Shown: positions 27,765-41,148 of the stretch, one piece after another | Position numbering within the stretch: the stretch's first letter is position 1 | How the letters are laid out: each line of letters begins with the position of its first letter | Origin: the human T2T-CHM13v2.0 reference genome, Homo sapiens | Length of the DNA: 64,000 nt | NCBI RefSeq assembly: GCF_009914755.1 | Contig: NC_060930.1 | Direction: 5' to 3' (one strand) | Translations under genes and position numbers: made by a program | Notes under the pieces: generated by a model | The model's input: only the letters and a program-made list of their open reading frames with translations | Databases searched by the model: none | What the model was told of the DNA's origin: nothing

Positions 27765-29182
27765 ATAGCTATTCCTGCTTTTAGAACAATTACAAAAATA
27801 GTATATAACTTATGCATTATTTTACTTAAAATACCGTGACATTTTTCAAAAAGAAAGACTATCCTAATGTGAGAATTGTTATTAATAAGGATATTCCGAA
27901 GGAACAATATAACATCTGAAGGCAATTTCAAAAGAGGAACTTGAAACATTCAAGCAAATTTAAAATAAAGTGACTATTTTAAAAATGGAACAGCAATTTA
28001 TATGTACATATTTGAGAATATTCATATAAAAAGAAGTTGTTTTAAATTTTCATTCTATAGAAAACTATGTGCTTCCTAGACATGGTCACAACACTCATAT
28101 GGGAAGTAAAGATGGTAAGAAACATTCTAATGAAAATGATAATGCTTTTTATGAAAAATTTCACATTTTATGTTAGCTTTCTCAGGAAGGATAGAAAATC
28201 TGAATGATAAAGACAAATAGTTAAAGTAAAAGTTCAAATACTATTGTATTACAGTCTAAGATGTTGTTATTACTGGCATTGATTCCCTAGTTATTAAGTG
28301 TCAGAGTAAATAAATCTTTGTTTTTATAAAATCCTTATAAGGAAATGAAATAAATGTGAGTACTGAATTTTTATTTCATAGAAAACTGAGGGTAAACTAG
28401 TTCCTTTATTTTTAGTTTATCTGATAATAGACAGTTAAAATAATATTCTTTACAAGATAATTATGTAAATATATTACAAATAAATCATCTACATTATGTT
28501 GACTGAACTTTAGTTTTATTTCAGATAATTTTTATATTTAATACTGTTTTCACTAATGCTATTCAATAGCTTTCAGGTAGTAGTTTGCTAATTAATATTT
28601 GAAGTAAAATATTAAAACCCATTAATAATAATAGAGGTAATGTCCTAGAGTTTTACTGTTTGTTCTTTTAGAGGCTTATTAGTATTTTTTCAGACTCGTA
28701 TATTATATTCAGTTTTCAGTTTGCACCATATTTTCAGGTGATGTTTCTTTTATTTAACTAAATTCATCCATATCTAATTCTCATACATTTTCAGTCACAG
28801 CTGAGCTACCCTGCTTATGTATTAAGAAGGTTGAATTATAATTATGATTTCTTTAAAGTGTCCTTGAAACTTCACCCAGTCTAGAATGAATTTTGAATTT
28901 TAAAATGTTAGTTTTGTGAGCGGGTGTCACTTTTGTTTTAAATAGTAGCGTAGACCTTTCTTCACTTGTTTCAAACACAACGTGGCCAGGATGCTGATAC
29001 ATTCGGAAAAAAAAAAAACTATGGATATAAATATGCAAAAATTTTATTTTTAGAAGGGTAGATTTAGATATTAATATAAATAATTTATATTATTTTTAAA
29101 CTTCACTGGCTCTATGAAGCATAGTTCTCTTGGTTCCTAAAATTCATTCTTTTTCTTTCCTTTTAAATGAGTCTGTCTATAT

Positions 29183-29215
29183 AACACACACATACACACA
29201 CACACACACACACAA
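29183..29215. repeat. (CA)n microsatellite
   Basis: Direct inspection. Confidence 0.9.
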
Positions 29216-29514
29216 CATATATTTATATATAAAAATTTAACAAGTAACTTATATACATATAACTGTGTAGTATTTCAAAACAGAGTCCATAAATCATGAA
29301 AAAAAAACTCCATACACAGTTGTTAATGAATTAAAACCATGAGTCATTTCTCAGTGAAGTAGTTATTTCTTATTCTAAAATTTGATAAAATTGGCTAAAT
29401 ACAGACATACACTCACAGGTACACACATACATTTTCTGTGACTATACTTTGAGAGCCTGGTTTCCTAGTTACTTTTGCATACTATTGTACCTTACATTTT
29501 GGTAATCCAAATGT

Positions 29515-29593
29515 GAGTAAGCCATGATTGTGCCACTGCATTCCAGCCCGTGTGGCAGAGTGACGGCATGTCTCTAAAAACAAACAAACAAAC
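29515..29593 (+). mobile_element. AluJ 3' fragment with (AAAC)n tail
   Basis: gccatgattgtgccactgcattccagcc...gtctctaaaaacaaacaaac. Confidence 0.8.
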
Positions 29594-29799
29594 TTATCTT
29601 AATGCAAAAGAAATTGGATACATTTTCATGATTAATTTGAATGTTTCCTTCAGCTATTCTATAATAACTTTATGCAAAGTTCATACTGTCAGAATTAAGA
29701 AAGATGTATTATTGATTTTTTTTCTGAAGATACATCTTCAATATTATATTTTTTATAATCTAGTGTTCCATTGCCATTGTACCTTCATCACTTGATTCA

Positions 29800-31700
29800 G
29801 TCACTTCATTCATTTCTTCAAATATTTATAGAGCAAATGGGTAGACAACTAGCTGTGCCTGCTAGAGCTTTGGCATCAGTTATTATTTTCTTTTTTAATC
29901 TTTAGCATAATAGAGAGCCATGTTTTCTATCTTAAGAGTAACAGAGCTTTATAAGTGAGTTAATAAAGTAAGAGTTGATATGATCAAGATTGAGATTTAG
30001 GAAAATCATCCTGTCTCAGTGTAGTGAACAGATTGAAAAGGACAGTGGTGGATGTGAGAAGTTGTTAGAGTGTTGCAAGAATGCAGGAGTGGTTAAGAGA
30101 ATGGCATACTGGAGAGTGGCCAAGTAACCTGTGTCCAAAAAAATTAATTTAAATTTAAAATATATGGTGATCATTGGCATATTTTCTCAGATTTATTTCA
30201 CTAAGGAATCTAGTGGGCTAATTAGAAAATAAGGGAATGAAATTATGAATAAAATTCTTTGATTAATTCTGTTGTGAAGGGAAGAGAGAAAGTATGGCAA
30301 CTACTGTGGAAAGTATGTTAACTAGAGGAAAGAAAAATAAGACCTGAAAGGCTTGAACATGTTTAAATGTTGTCAGTAAAAAGGGAGGGGTAAAAAAAGA
30401 AAGAAATAATTATATAAGATTCCTGTAAGTAATGTAAGAATGTGATGGAATTTAAAGCAGAAAATGAAGGATTCGCTGTGGCTTGTAGGGTAACAAACAG
30501 AAGGAGAAGAGGAGAGATTTTGACAGATGGTCTTTGACATAAGAAGGTTTTGGATTGATTTTTGAGTGTGTTTCCATAAATGGTTTTATTTTTCTCTGTA
30601 AAGTAAAACCCAGGTCAACTACTAAAAGTGAGTTGAGTCCACAGAAAGTTTTGAGTGTCAGGAAAGGAGCAATTTGAAATTGACGTTGTAGAGAATAAGT
30701 TGAAAGAGATACTAAGCTTTCTGGGCAGGGTTGAACATGTGCTTCAGTTTCACTCTTGTTAGTACCACTTTTTCCAGCAATGCTGTGCTGCTTCAGATTC
30801 AGAAGACATTGATAGTTGAGTTACTCCAGGGCTGGGGTTGGGTTAAACAGTTCAAAGGAAAGAGAGAGTTTAGTGAGTTTAAGATATTGGCAAAAGTAAT
30901 ATTGAGATTTATATCATGGAAAAATCATCTGAACATGGTATAATATAAAAAAGGAGAAAAATCTAATGAATTGTAAGACTGTAGGTCTTTAATGCGCATG
31001 AGGCTCCAGTGGGATTGGAAAATATTACCGGTAAAGAAACTGAATAAACAAAGTGGGGAGAAAAAAGAGTCTAAAATCATAGAGCAGGAAAGTTGAGTAA
31101 TTCATTTTGAAAGTAAAGTAAATTCAGGTGTTGAAAATAGTGTTATGTGACCATGATTGGCTGAAGCACTAAAAAAAGTGTTGGTAATGATTTTGAATGA
31201 CTGACAAGTCACTCTGAGTCCTGTGTGAAGGGCACTCTGTGTGAAGGACTCTGAGTGACTTGTCAGTTTCAAGCTGGTGAAAGAGAAACAGAGGTAGGCT
31301 GGAAATGACTTGTACTGACTTTCAGGAAATAAATTTACAGAAATTTTATGATTTGGCTGACATAATACCTGTAGCTTGAAATCATTAATAGTGGATATAA
31401 AATCAGCAAGTACCACAAGTAAAAATAAAGCAAATAAAAATTGGCAAACACTACAAATCAGGGCAAGTCTCCCTTTTCCAGAGAGACAACTGTTAAACAT
31501 TTACTAGTTCATCACTGAGGAGAAGCAAACATCTGTATCCAGGAAATGAATAGAAGACTGTAGTAAAATAAATCAGGTAGTAATATTGAATGGTTCGAAC
31601 CTTAAAAGAACAGGGTTTTGTACCTTCGCTTCCTTTCAAGAGGAGTGTGGAATGTGTGATTTAGAAGTAGGAAAGAAACAAGGATACATTTCCCATTCTT
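29800..31700 (-). mobile_element. L2 fragments (highly decayed)
   Basis: Purine-rich antisense L2-like tracts (cattcatttcttcaaatatttatagagc; gaaaatcatcctgtctcagtgtagtgaacagattg). Confidence 0.55.
31289..31517 (-). mobile_element. MER63A hAT MITE
   Basis: aaattggcaaacactacaaatcagggc...tgttaaacatttactagttcatcactg; decayed TIRs; imperfect 8-bp TSD aagagaaa/aggagaag. Confidence 0.75.
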
Positions 31701-32059
31701 GATGTATGTGGAGTGTGAAATACATTTTTCATTAATGTATTAAAGCTGTACTCAAAATTAAATAGAATTTAAAATTATTTATGTAGAGCAATAATGTGGC
31801 TATCCTTCTATTTTGCTTTAAAGCTGGGTCAGGTATATATACATATATTTTTCTTATTGAATGAAGCCATGAACAGAATATGAGAAAAATAAGTACAAGT
31901 CTAGTTATTCTTAATTAAACTGATTTGATCATTACAAATTATATGACTGTATTAAATTATCACATGTGCCATGATATATATATATATTATTTATAAATAA
32001 AAATAAAAAACAAAAATAAATAAATATTAATGGATATATAGACCATCTCCACTGAAAAA

Positions 32060-32910
32060 TATCTTGGAATTTATATAGTCTAATCCGTTTATTCCACAAT
32101 TGAACAAATTGACTTCTAGAGAGATAAACTTACTCACTACAGATCATTTAGCTTTGTAATGTTAGAGCTGAAAGTAATATGCCTGTCTTCTAAACTCCAG
32201 CATGATAGGAATAATTTCATTGTATGCATCTAGTCATTCATTTATCCATTTTTTTCTAATTTATTCAATAAGTATCTATTGATATCTATGATATACTAGA
32301 CACTGTTCCAGATACAAGAGCTATAAGGATAGGGGAAAATCCTTGCATTAATGGAGGTTTTCTTCTAGTAGGAAGAGAGAGAAATTGAACAGATAAATAA
32401 GTATAAAGAGGAAATACATAATATACTACCTAGTCATTAAGAGGTATGAATACAAATAAAATAGACGGAGGATAAGGTATATATATGGTGAGTCGAGGGT
32501 TTTAATTTTAAATAGGGTAAATATTAGAAATTCTCTGGAAAAAGGAATGTATCAGCAAACATCAAGAGGAAGTGGAGAAGCGAGGCACATGGATATGCAG
32601 GGAAAATGCATTCCAGCTAGAGAAAACAGCATAGTCAAAGACCCTCTATTAAATTGTACCCCTAATTAAAATGTGCTGTAAATTAATGATTAATATAATC
32701 ATCAACTACTTTATACATACTCATATTGTGATATGTTTTAATTCTCAGTGTACTTGTAATGCATTATAAGACTTTAAGCTTTGCCAGGACAGGGGTCATG
32801 TTTTGTTTTTGGTAAATCTACGCACACACAGTGCGTGGCATGGTTATTTATACCAAGCTGGTGGTCAATATATATTAGAATGATAGATCAAATGATTGAA
32901 TGAATAATCT
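32060..32910. mobile_element. MIR3/MIRc fragment and two L2 3' ends
   Basis: ttattcaataagtatctattga...cactgttccagatac (L2 end, - strand) and cacacagtgcgtggca...tgaatgaat (L2 end, + strand). Confidence 0.6.
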
Positions 32911-33156
32911 AGTGAATTATTAAATAGAATAAGTTGAGTTTTAAACTAAAACTTTTGTGCCTCTAAGTCTCCTCACCTGAAAAGGCCTGGCGTTAAGGGC
33001 CATGTTGGTTAAAGCTCCTACCTCAGCAAAAGCTCAGGGTGCTTTTTCTATTCTTGCTTACTAGGGTGATTAAATAACAATAGAGGGGAAAACAAGTTTC
33101 CTTATCCTTAAAAAATTAAGAATTATTTTAATGGTAAAGGCATATACATATACACT

Positions 33157-33159
<3 letters not shown>

Positions 33160-33191
<32 letters not shown>
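33160..33191. repeat. (TA)n microsatellite
   Basis: Direct inspection. Confidence 0.92.
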
Positions 33192-33194
<3 letters not shown>

Positions 33195-36079
33195 GACAGT
33201 AGGTATATGCTACAGTCATCTCATGTACAAGTACTGTGTTTCTCTTTTGATTGATTATGTAAAACAAGCAACGAGAATAAATTCTGATTATCTTTACAGA
33301 GCTTTATGGACTGTCAAAATGGCTTTAGATGAGTTTTCTCATTTATTTATCACAATACTTCCACGATATTGTTAAAGAAGCTTTTTATTACATTAGGTAG
33401 GGAAAAGAAATTATGGCTTATCCAAGGTCCTTCATTGACCCAGTGTGGTAAAGTTTCTTAATTGTATTTCAGTTTGTCCACATGACAGTAAAATATATTC
33501 TTGATGGCTATTATTTATAAGAAAAGAAAATATTTGATCAGGAAAGTTGAAGACATCTCATTTAAAAGATAATATGCAATGAACCTTCATTATGAGATAC
33601 TTGGAATGGTACACAATGAACTATCAAATGCTGTTTCAACTACCTAAAAAGGATAACTGTCTTTAACTGCACCAAATGATACTAAACTTGCTGCCTATCC
33701 TATTATGCTTAGTCACTCTGATTTCTTTTATTCCTCTATTAACTCACACTAACACTGAGAAGAGCAATTCTCTCTGTTTCATTGTCCTTCCCTTCAAATA
33801 TCCTGTTTTAAGAGATTACAGATGCCTTGAGATAACACTGCCAGAATTATCCCAAGGCTGACAGGTTTACTAACAACTGAATGCTTTTCAGATCACTGCA
33901 CTGGACTCAGATCCACCTTTGATATGAACCACATATGGCTTCAGTCTTGTTTCCCTGAATTAACTCTAATTTCCTAGTGACCAAGGTCAGATGAGTCCAG
34001 ATAGGGCTCAGCTGTTCTTACCTAGCACATATGTTCCAGTATTGTTGGTAATTTATTTCTGTAATAAAAAATTAAAATGGAAATCTCAGCCAGAATCTCT
34101 TTTACCAAGGGAGACCTTGCTATGAGCATTAGGGCTTATTACATGTAACTTTTTCATAACAAAATAAGAATTATTATTATAGCACTATAGCCAAATATTT
34201 AAGTTAGCATTATAAACAAAATTGGTCATGTAAAATTTATTGAAAAAGAATAATTTGAGTTAGTACCAAATACCACAAAATTTACATTGTTAATTTTAAA
34301 AAGTCAGAAATTAGTTTGCTTTTAGCAATTTTACTGTATTAATCTATACACCAATGTTAAACTAATTCTGCCAGATTATTTAGGAGGTAAAACTTTTATT
34401 TATAAATGTCTGTTTATTAATTCAAGAGAAATATAATTTGTTAACAATAAAGTCTTTTTCAGATTACTTCAAGATATTTTGGGTGTTGTACCACCTGATT
34501 AACTTTTTAAGGTGTCTGAGCTGAAGTCAACATTTCTAATATTATGTATAACAAAACATATTACAATATAGTATTCAATTTTCTTTGCATGGTGGATGTG
34601 TTGTTGTTATGACATTTAAAACAAAATTAATGTTAAAGGTTTTAAATTTCATTCATGGAGAAACCTTTCCTGTAGAACATACTTAAAAAGTTAATTCTAA
34701 ATCCTTGCTTTAGGAGGTTACACAAATATTGATAATGTTATTTTCTTATCACTTTTAGACAGTCAGGTTCATAAAAGCAAGTTCAATGAGCATAAGATGG
34801 TTTCTAAATTTTAATTTATTTTTGACAGCAAACAAAATGAACAAAGGTGAGGAATCCATTTGTGTACCTAAGATATCTTTAAAAAGAAGATACCTTTATA
34901 TTTGTCAAATATGTTGCTCCCAGTAAAAGAAAAGAAGATCTATGCAAGTGGTTCAAGAGTAAACCTTACCTTATTAGCTTTTCATAATATTTTAGAAGAA
35001 ATTTAAAACAAAATTGCAAAGCACTATTCTTACACTGATATTTTACCAGTTCACTAAAACATTCAGAAAAGAAATTTACCCTAAAATTTGTTAGTCATTT
35101 GAGACTTGCAAAGAGCCAAATAATTTCCAGGTTGCAAACTTTATTTAGTGTTCTAGCAGAAACTAAACTAAAATGTCTATAAGTTTTAAATTGTTAGATG
35201 TGTGTTTAAAATATTTTAAATATTTACATTGTATGCTCTTTTTAATACACAAAATCATTTGGCAATTGTGAATTTTAAAAGGGGGTGTATTTCTTATTCC
35301 TTTAAAGTTTATTTTTGACAAAAATACATTATTTTGTTGATGTTTCACAATCCATGAAAACTGCTATTATAAGCAGATAGTGTCTTCTGAACTGATTTTA
35401 TTGGTTTGTGCTGATGTAGAAAAAAACAAATCGGCTTACAAGCCTCGGCATTTTTATAAAATAAACATTGCTAAACATTGACATCCCAAATCCATCTAAT
35501 ATAACATAGAAAAATAAGTTTCTTTAAGGAAAGGAGGAATAAAATAGAAATACATTCTAGTATTTTTAGTGGCAGATAGGATAAGTTTAGTGGGAAAATA
35601 AGATGATTTACGAAAACTTAAAAATGCATTTTTCTTACAGTGCTTTTTTTAAGATATGCATTTCATGCAATATCTCTGAGACATTATTTAATTGATTCTC
35701 TTGGCTTTATCTGGCTAATTACTCTGTATAATATAACTATAAGGATAATAATTAAATCGTTTTTTTTATTTTTGTCAGGTAAGTTATAATCTTTTTATGT
35801 TTTATGTAATTAAAATTCTTTTGCAAAATCATGATGCCATGAATTTTATCTATTTTCACTTTTTTTTAAGGCAAGGAGCTTTGGTTCTCTCAACTGTGTA
35901 GGAAAGAAAAATATTTTAACTATTTCTTATCTTTTACTTGGCTACCCTCAAGGTGAGCTCTTTATGATCCTCTAATTTGTTGTTACCTCAATTATTTGCT
36001 AATAGAAAATTATTTTATGATGTGCTTAGCTTACTACCTGTCTTTTATTTTATATATTTCTCTTAGGTACTACATTCTT

Positions 36080-36942
36080 TTGGAGAGTATTTCCTAATAA
36101 ATTTGGCAGCAGCTATGGACAGGGCAAGGATGTGTCTCAATTCCTGAGTCTTTCCTGGTGTTCTGTCTCAGTCTTCACTTTCTCTCATCACAGTGGCCAG
36201 AGGACCTTCAAAGACTGTGGACATTTTGGCTGATCAGCTTAGTCCTTATGTTTGATTTTAATCAGGTCCCTTGGCAATGATCAGTATCTACTTCACTGAA
36301 AGACACTAGCCATTGTTACAGGTGATGGAGCAAAATGTATTTACAGGTGGCTCCTTCAACATGCCGGTTGTTTTCCACGTATAATCTTTAGTTTATACTG
36401 CAACTTTATATTTCCTTTCTTCTATGTCAATTTGCATACAACTTTCATATTCAACATAGAAATATTTGATTAATTTCATTTTTACCTCATCACTGATCCT
36501 AAGTGCATTTTTATTCCTTTTCTTTAACTTGTACAGCTCCCATTTATTGATTTTTACGTTTCAAGTTCCTATAATCTATTTAACTTTGAGAATGTTCAAC
36601 AACTTTTTGCTTTATTAAAAATAAATCTAGCTAAGTCTTCTTATTTTCCCCTTACACAATATATTTTACAGTGGAAGTATGACCCCATGGGTGTTTAATA
36701 TAAATATTTTCAAACCAGAGGTCAAGCCAATGGCAGTGTTCTAAATCCTCGTTTATTCTACTCAGGACCCACCTTATTAGGAACATTGCCTTATTTTTTT
36801 TCAGCTTCACTGAGGTACAGTTGACCTCAATAAAATAATAAAAACTGTATATATTTACAGTGTTGGAGAGTCTTTCCTAATAAATTTGACAGCAGCTATG
36901 CACAGAGCCAGGCTGAGTCTCAATTCCTGCGTCTTTCCTGGT
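36080..36942 (+). repeat. Dispersed direct repeat, 80 bp x2 (36080-36159 and 36863-36942)
   Basis: Manual ungapped alignment: 72/80 identical. Confidence 0.95.
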
Positions 36943-37256
36943 ATCTTATCTGTATCTACATACATATATATAAAGTTATCATAATCAGTTTAATTAACAT
37001 ATCCATTATCCTGTATTTTTGTGTATGTGGTGAGAATATTTAAGATCTATTCTCTTAGCAACTTTCAAGTATAAATTTGCAGTATAATTATGTGTAGTCA
37101 CTATGTTAAATGACATAAGCTAGGCACAGAAAAACAAATGCTGCATGATCTCACTTACACATGGAATGTAAAACAAGTTGAACTCATAGAAGCAGGGAGT
37201 AGAATAGTAGTTACCAGGGGTTTGAGGGGATGAAATGGGGAGATGTTAGCCAAAGG
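36796..37256. mobile_element. L1MA 3' end with 5' inversion (36796-37107 on -, 37108-37256 on +)
   Basis: Two parts of the L1MA 3' UTR in opposite orientation; TSD aggaacattgccttatt / aggaactttgcattatt. Confidence 0.85.
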
Positions 37257-37270
37257 AACTTTGCATTATT

Positions 37271-38106
37271 GATTGTTCTTTCTTTTTCTGACATTTTAAA
37301 CCTCTCCTTTCTTTTGAAACATCCGCCATTGGCATTTAAACATGCTCAAATCTCTTCAATCTTTTAAAATCTTACTTAAACCAAAATATTCTTCTATCTG
37401 CTATTCTGGATCTGCTCATCTTCAGGGTTGTACTTTTTATTTTATTTTTTTTTTCTTTTTGGCACTTACTGCTACCAGTTTACTTTCCTCAAATCCTTTC
37501 TTAATCCACTTTGATGTGACTTCTAAGAGCTTCACTCCCCTCAATTAGCCCTTGCTAAAATAACCAAGAAACTCTCTGTTGCCATATCCAAAGGAAATTA
37601 TTCAGTTTTCATTGTTTGTAGTTTTCTAGCAAAATCACTACAAGGGACCACTTCCTCACTCAACTTTCTCTTGCCTTAATTTATGCAGTACTTAGATTTT
37701 CTTCCTTCTCTGTTTACTCTTTTTACGTTTCAGCCTCCTATGCCAGCTGGTGAAATTCAAAATTCCACAAGCCTTAATCCTAGGACTCATCTTATCTTCC
37801 TCTCCTGTCTTTTTCCACATCTATCCACGACTTGGTCAATTGTATCTAATATGGCATTCAAAATCTACATTTTTAGCTTTGATATCCCCTCTGAACTCCA
37901 GACTTAATGTCTAACTTCATATTACAGATCCATTTGAATGTTCCTCATGGGTCCCCAACTCACTAGGTATAATCTTTCTCCCCTAAAATTTGATCTTCTT
38001 TCAGTTTTTTCCTCTGTCAGTAATGCTCAAGTGTAAACCAGAAACCAAGGACTTGTTCAACCTAAACCTCTTCTTTTTATATTTCAATAATTACCAAGTA
38101 TTATGC

Positions 38107-38167
<61 letters not shown>

Positions 38168-38430
38168 CCTTTGAGTTTCTGGATGTCTTTCCATCTCCAA
38201 CACCATTTCCAGAGTCCAAGTACTGTTTCCTTAGACTGATGCTATGTGCTTCTAAATGGTCTTTTTACATCCATTGTAGTCTTAGTGATCTCTTCAAAAT
38301 GCAAATCTGATTTCATCATCCATAGACAATCTGCTTCATAATTGCCTTCACTTCTCACTGCTCCTATGATTAAGGCATATTTTGTTCTTGCATGTTAACT
38401 ATTTATGAAACCTGGACCCTGGTCAGTGTC
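37271..38430 (+). mobile_element. L2 ORF2/3' remnant
   Basis: ctctgttgccatatccaaagg...ttcagttttcat; cccctctgaactccagact; ctcttcaaaatgcaaatctgat. Confidence 0.65.
38110..38165. repeat. Perfect (AC)n microsatellite, ~28 units
   Basis: Direct inspection. Confidence 0.97.
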
Positions 38431-38475
38431 TAAAATTGTGCCTATTACATGAAAGTAATTCAATACACATATTTT

Positions 38476-38877
38476 ACTTATTTATTTTTATTTTATTTTT
38501 AAAATTTTTAATAATTTCAACTTATTTTAGATTCAGGAGATACATGTGCAGTTTTGTTACATGGGTACATTATGTGATGCTGAGGTTTGAGGTACAGTTG
38601 ATCATGTCACCTAGGTAGTGAGCATAGTCTGCAATATGTTTTCAACCGTTGCCCCCATCATCTTCCTCCCTTGGTAATCCCCCGTGTCTATTGTTGCTAT
38701 CTTTATGTCCGTGAATACTCAATGTTTAGCTCTCATTTATATCTGAGAACGTGCAATATTTGGTTTTCTGTTCCTGTGTTAATTCACTTAGGATAATGGC
38801 CTCCATCCAGCTGCATCCATGTTGCTGTAAAGGACATGATTTTGTTCTTTTTTATGACTGTGTAGTATTCTATGGTG
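38476..38877 (-). mobile_element. L1PB/older L1PA 3' end
   Basis: ttttagattcaggagatacatgtgcag..gttacatggg; TSD atacac(a/g)tatttt at 38463-75 and 38878-90, followed by aa. Confidence 0.9.
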
Positions 38878-38911
38878 ATACACGTATTTTAAATAAAAGA
38901 GTAACTTGGCT

Positions 38912-39552
38912 CTGTGAAAGCAGAAGTTGCACTGGGAAAAGTTAAACCAACAAGGAAGACTTTTCTATTCCAAAAAGGAAGAGAGAGATCAGAAGTCAAT
39001 CTCTGAACTGGGCTGAAACTCTGGAGAGTTTTAAAGGATGGTTTGGGAGTTTTTAAGGGTGAAAGAGCTTTTAACAACAATTGGGTGGGTATGGGGGATT
39101 ATGACCATATGTGTTTGCTAATTGGGATTATCCAAGGGAAATATAAACTTTCTCATATCTTCGTCACAGAAAGTAGTTTTACAACTTGGAAGAAGGGACC
39201 CTCTGTCTGAAGTTAGGTTTCTACCTTTCCACAGAGACTGGAAGATAGAGATGCCTCCTTCCTTGATGATTACCTTTCAAAGGGTTGGGTCCAGGCCCTT
39301 TAGAAAGACAGTCTGGTGTTGAAAAACTGCCAAGAGCCTTTCAAAAAGATTTACATTTAAAAGGGACAAATAAAGAATTTACAATTACAAGAATTCGGCA
39401 GTAAATTATCTACGAGAGGGGAGGGAAAATACCTTGATGCTTAGGCTATCTGAATCATATAAGGGACTGAGTGAGCTTAAGATGGGGCCTGGAGGTCAGA
39501 AGGAGCCTGCCTAAAGTTTAAAAAGCTGAGGGAAGGCTTCAGGTCACCTTCA
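38912..39552 (-). mobile_element. ERV1 solo LTR (MER67/MER89/MER92-like)
   Basis: gtcagaaggagcctgcctaaagttt..aagctgagggaa; aaagaatttacaattacaag; ccacagagactggaagatag. Confidence 0.7.
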
Positions 39553-40007
39553 TTACTCCTTATTTATTTTGCTATCATTTTCTAGCACTCTGTTCCTTAG
39601 CTCATGGTGCCCCAGCCAAAGAATACTTTCTTCAATTATCCCTCCCATCGAGTTCATATCCAAGGTAGCATCTCTTGAGTGCTTTCTCTCATATTAGAGA
39701 GTTCTTGATGTTGTAAATGCAAGAGAATGCATTTTGAGTTTTTGTTTTGTTGCATTTGTAAAATATTTCTTACCACTTTGAGGATCATTTATGCCATTCT
39801 GTTTGCTTTAGTCTTTATATTTTCAGTTGGAGGCTCTCCTCAAGTATCTGGTTATCCTTGGCTGTTTGATCATATTTAATAGATTTTAAAAGGCTCACTG
39901 CAAACTCTAGGTGCTTACTCAAAGCTGAAAAACTGAGTTTCACTGTGGGGTATATAGTGGGTAATTTAGTTAGAAAATCCATGAAATGTATATTTAGATA
40001 GAGTTGG

Positions 40008-40264
40008 TGTAGTGCACTGATTAAGATTATGAAACTTGTAGGAAATCTTCCCATGTTTGAGTCCTGGTTTTGCCACTAAGTAGCCATATAATTTTAGGCA
40101 AATCATTAACATCATTGTGTTTTGGTTTTCTTGTTTATAAAAGGGGTACAAAAATACCTACATATTTTTATAAAAATTAAAAATTTTAGTATTTGTAAAT
40201 AATTTGGAATAGCATCTAGCACATGCTAAAATTTATATATGTGTAAACTTTTATTATTACTATT
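40008..40264 (+). mobile_element. MIR, near full length
   Basis: gtttgagtcctggttttgccactaagtagc...ggcaaatcattaac...gcatctagcacatg...ttattattac. Confidence 0.75.
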
Positions 40265-41090
40265 AATATTTATTTTGCTTGAAAAAAATTCTATTATTCT
40301 TTCTGGAGGAAGTATATGAATCAAGACAGACATAAGGCTGACTGGTCTCAACAGTGGTTATGGATTTCAACTTATTTCTTCTGGTTTTAATATGGTCTTC
40401 CCTGGTTCAACTGTCCAGCATGCTCTTGCTTCCTCTCCAGAGAATAAAACCTCTAGTACCTGCTTGAGTGGGTTGGGGGAGTCATCATGCTATTCGGAGA
40501 TAGGCTGTAACAATGTAACTGTTTTTAAAACATCCCTTCAATAAATTCTACTTTTTTTAAACCCATGTTTATTTTGGCTTTGAAAGGGATCTAGAACTGA
40601 CTATCTCTGGACATTTGTGGAGTGAGGGTGTATTCTAAAGTTACCTATTTCCTGGTAGGTGACCAGCAGATAATCATATTTCTTAAACTGAGCTTTCATA
40701 TTTATTATGAGAACTAAAACAGTTTGGGTGACTTTTCTATCTAAATATATTTTGCCATTAAAATAATAGAAATGCTTAAAGAAATGAAAAATCAGTGCTG
40801 GAAAGTATTTCAAGAATTTTAAGTGAGTTTATGTTTTGTAAAATTCTTGTTACACCAATTAACTGTTAGTATTGTAGATCAGATATTTCAAATGTGAAAT
40901 AATATGATAGTTCTTAGTAATTTAACATGAAACTATATACATTTGTAAAGGATACAGTAGCAACATGTCTTAAAGTTGGTTGGTTTTCAGTTGTGATTAA
41001 AAAAAAATGTTTGATGTGTTTATCACATGGATTACAGTAAAATATTCACAATGAATGGATTTGTGTACTATTATAAAATATAATTATCTT

Positions 41091-41148
41091 GGCCAGGCAT
41101 GGTGGCTCATGCTTGTAATCCTAGCACTTTGGGAAGATGAGGCAGGCA
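41091..41148 (+). mobile_element. Alu 5' fragment (58 bp, no tail)
   Basis: ggccaggcatggtggctcatgcttgtaatcctagcactttgggaagatgaggcagg. Confidence 0.88.
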
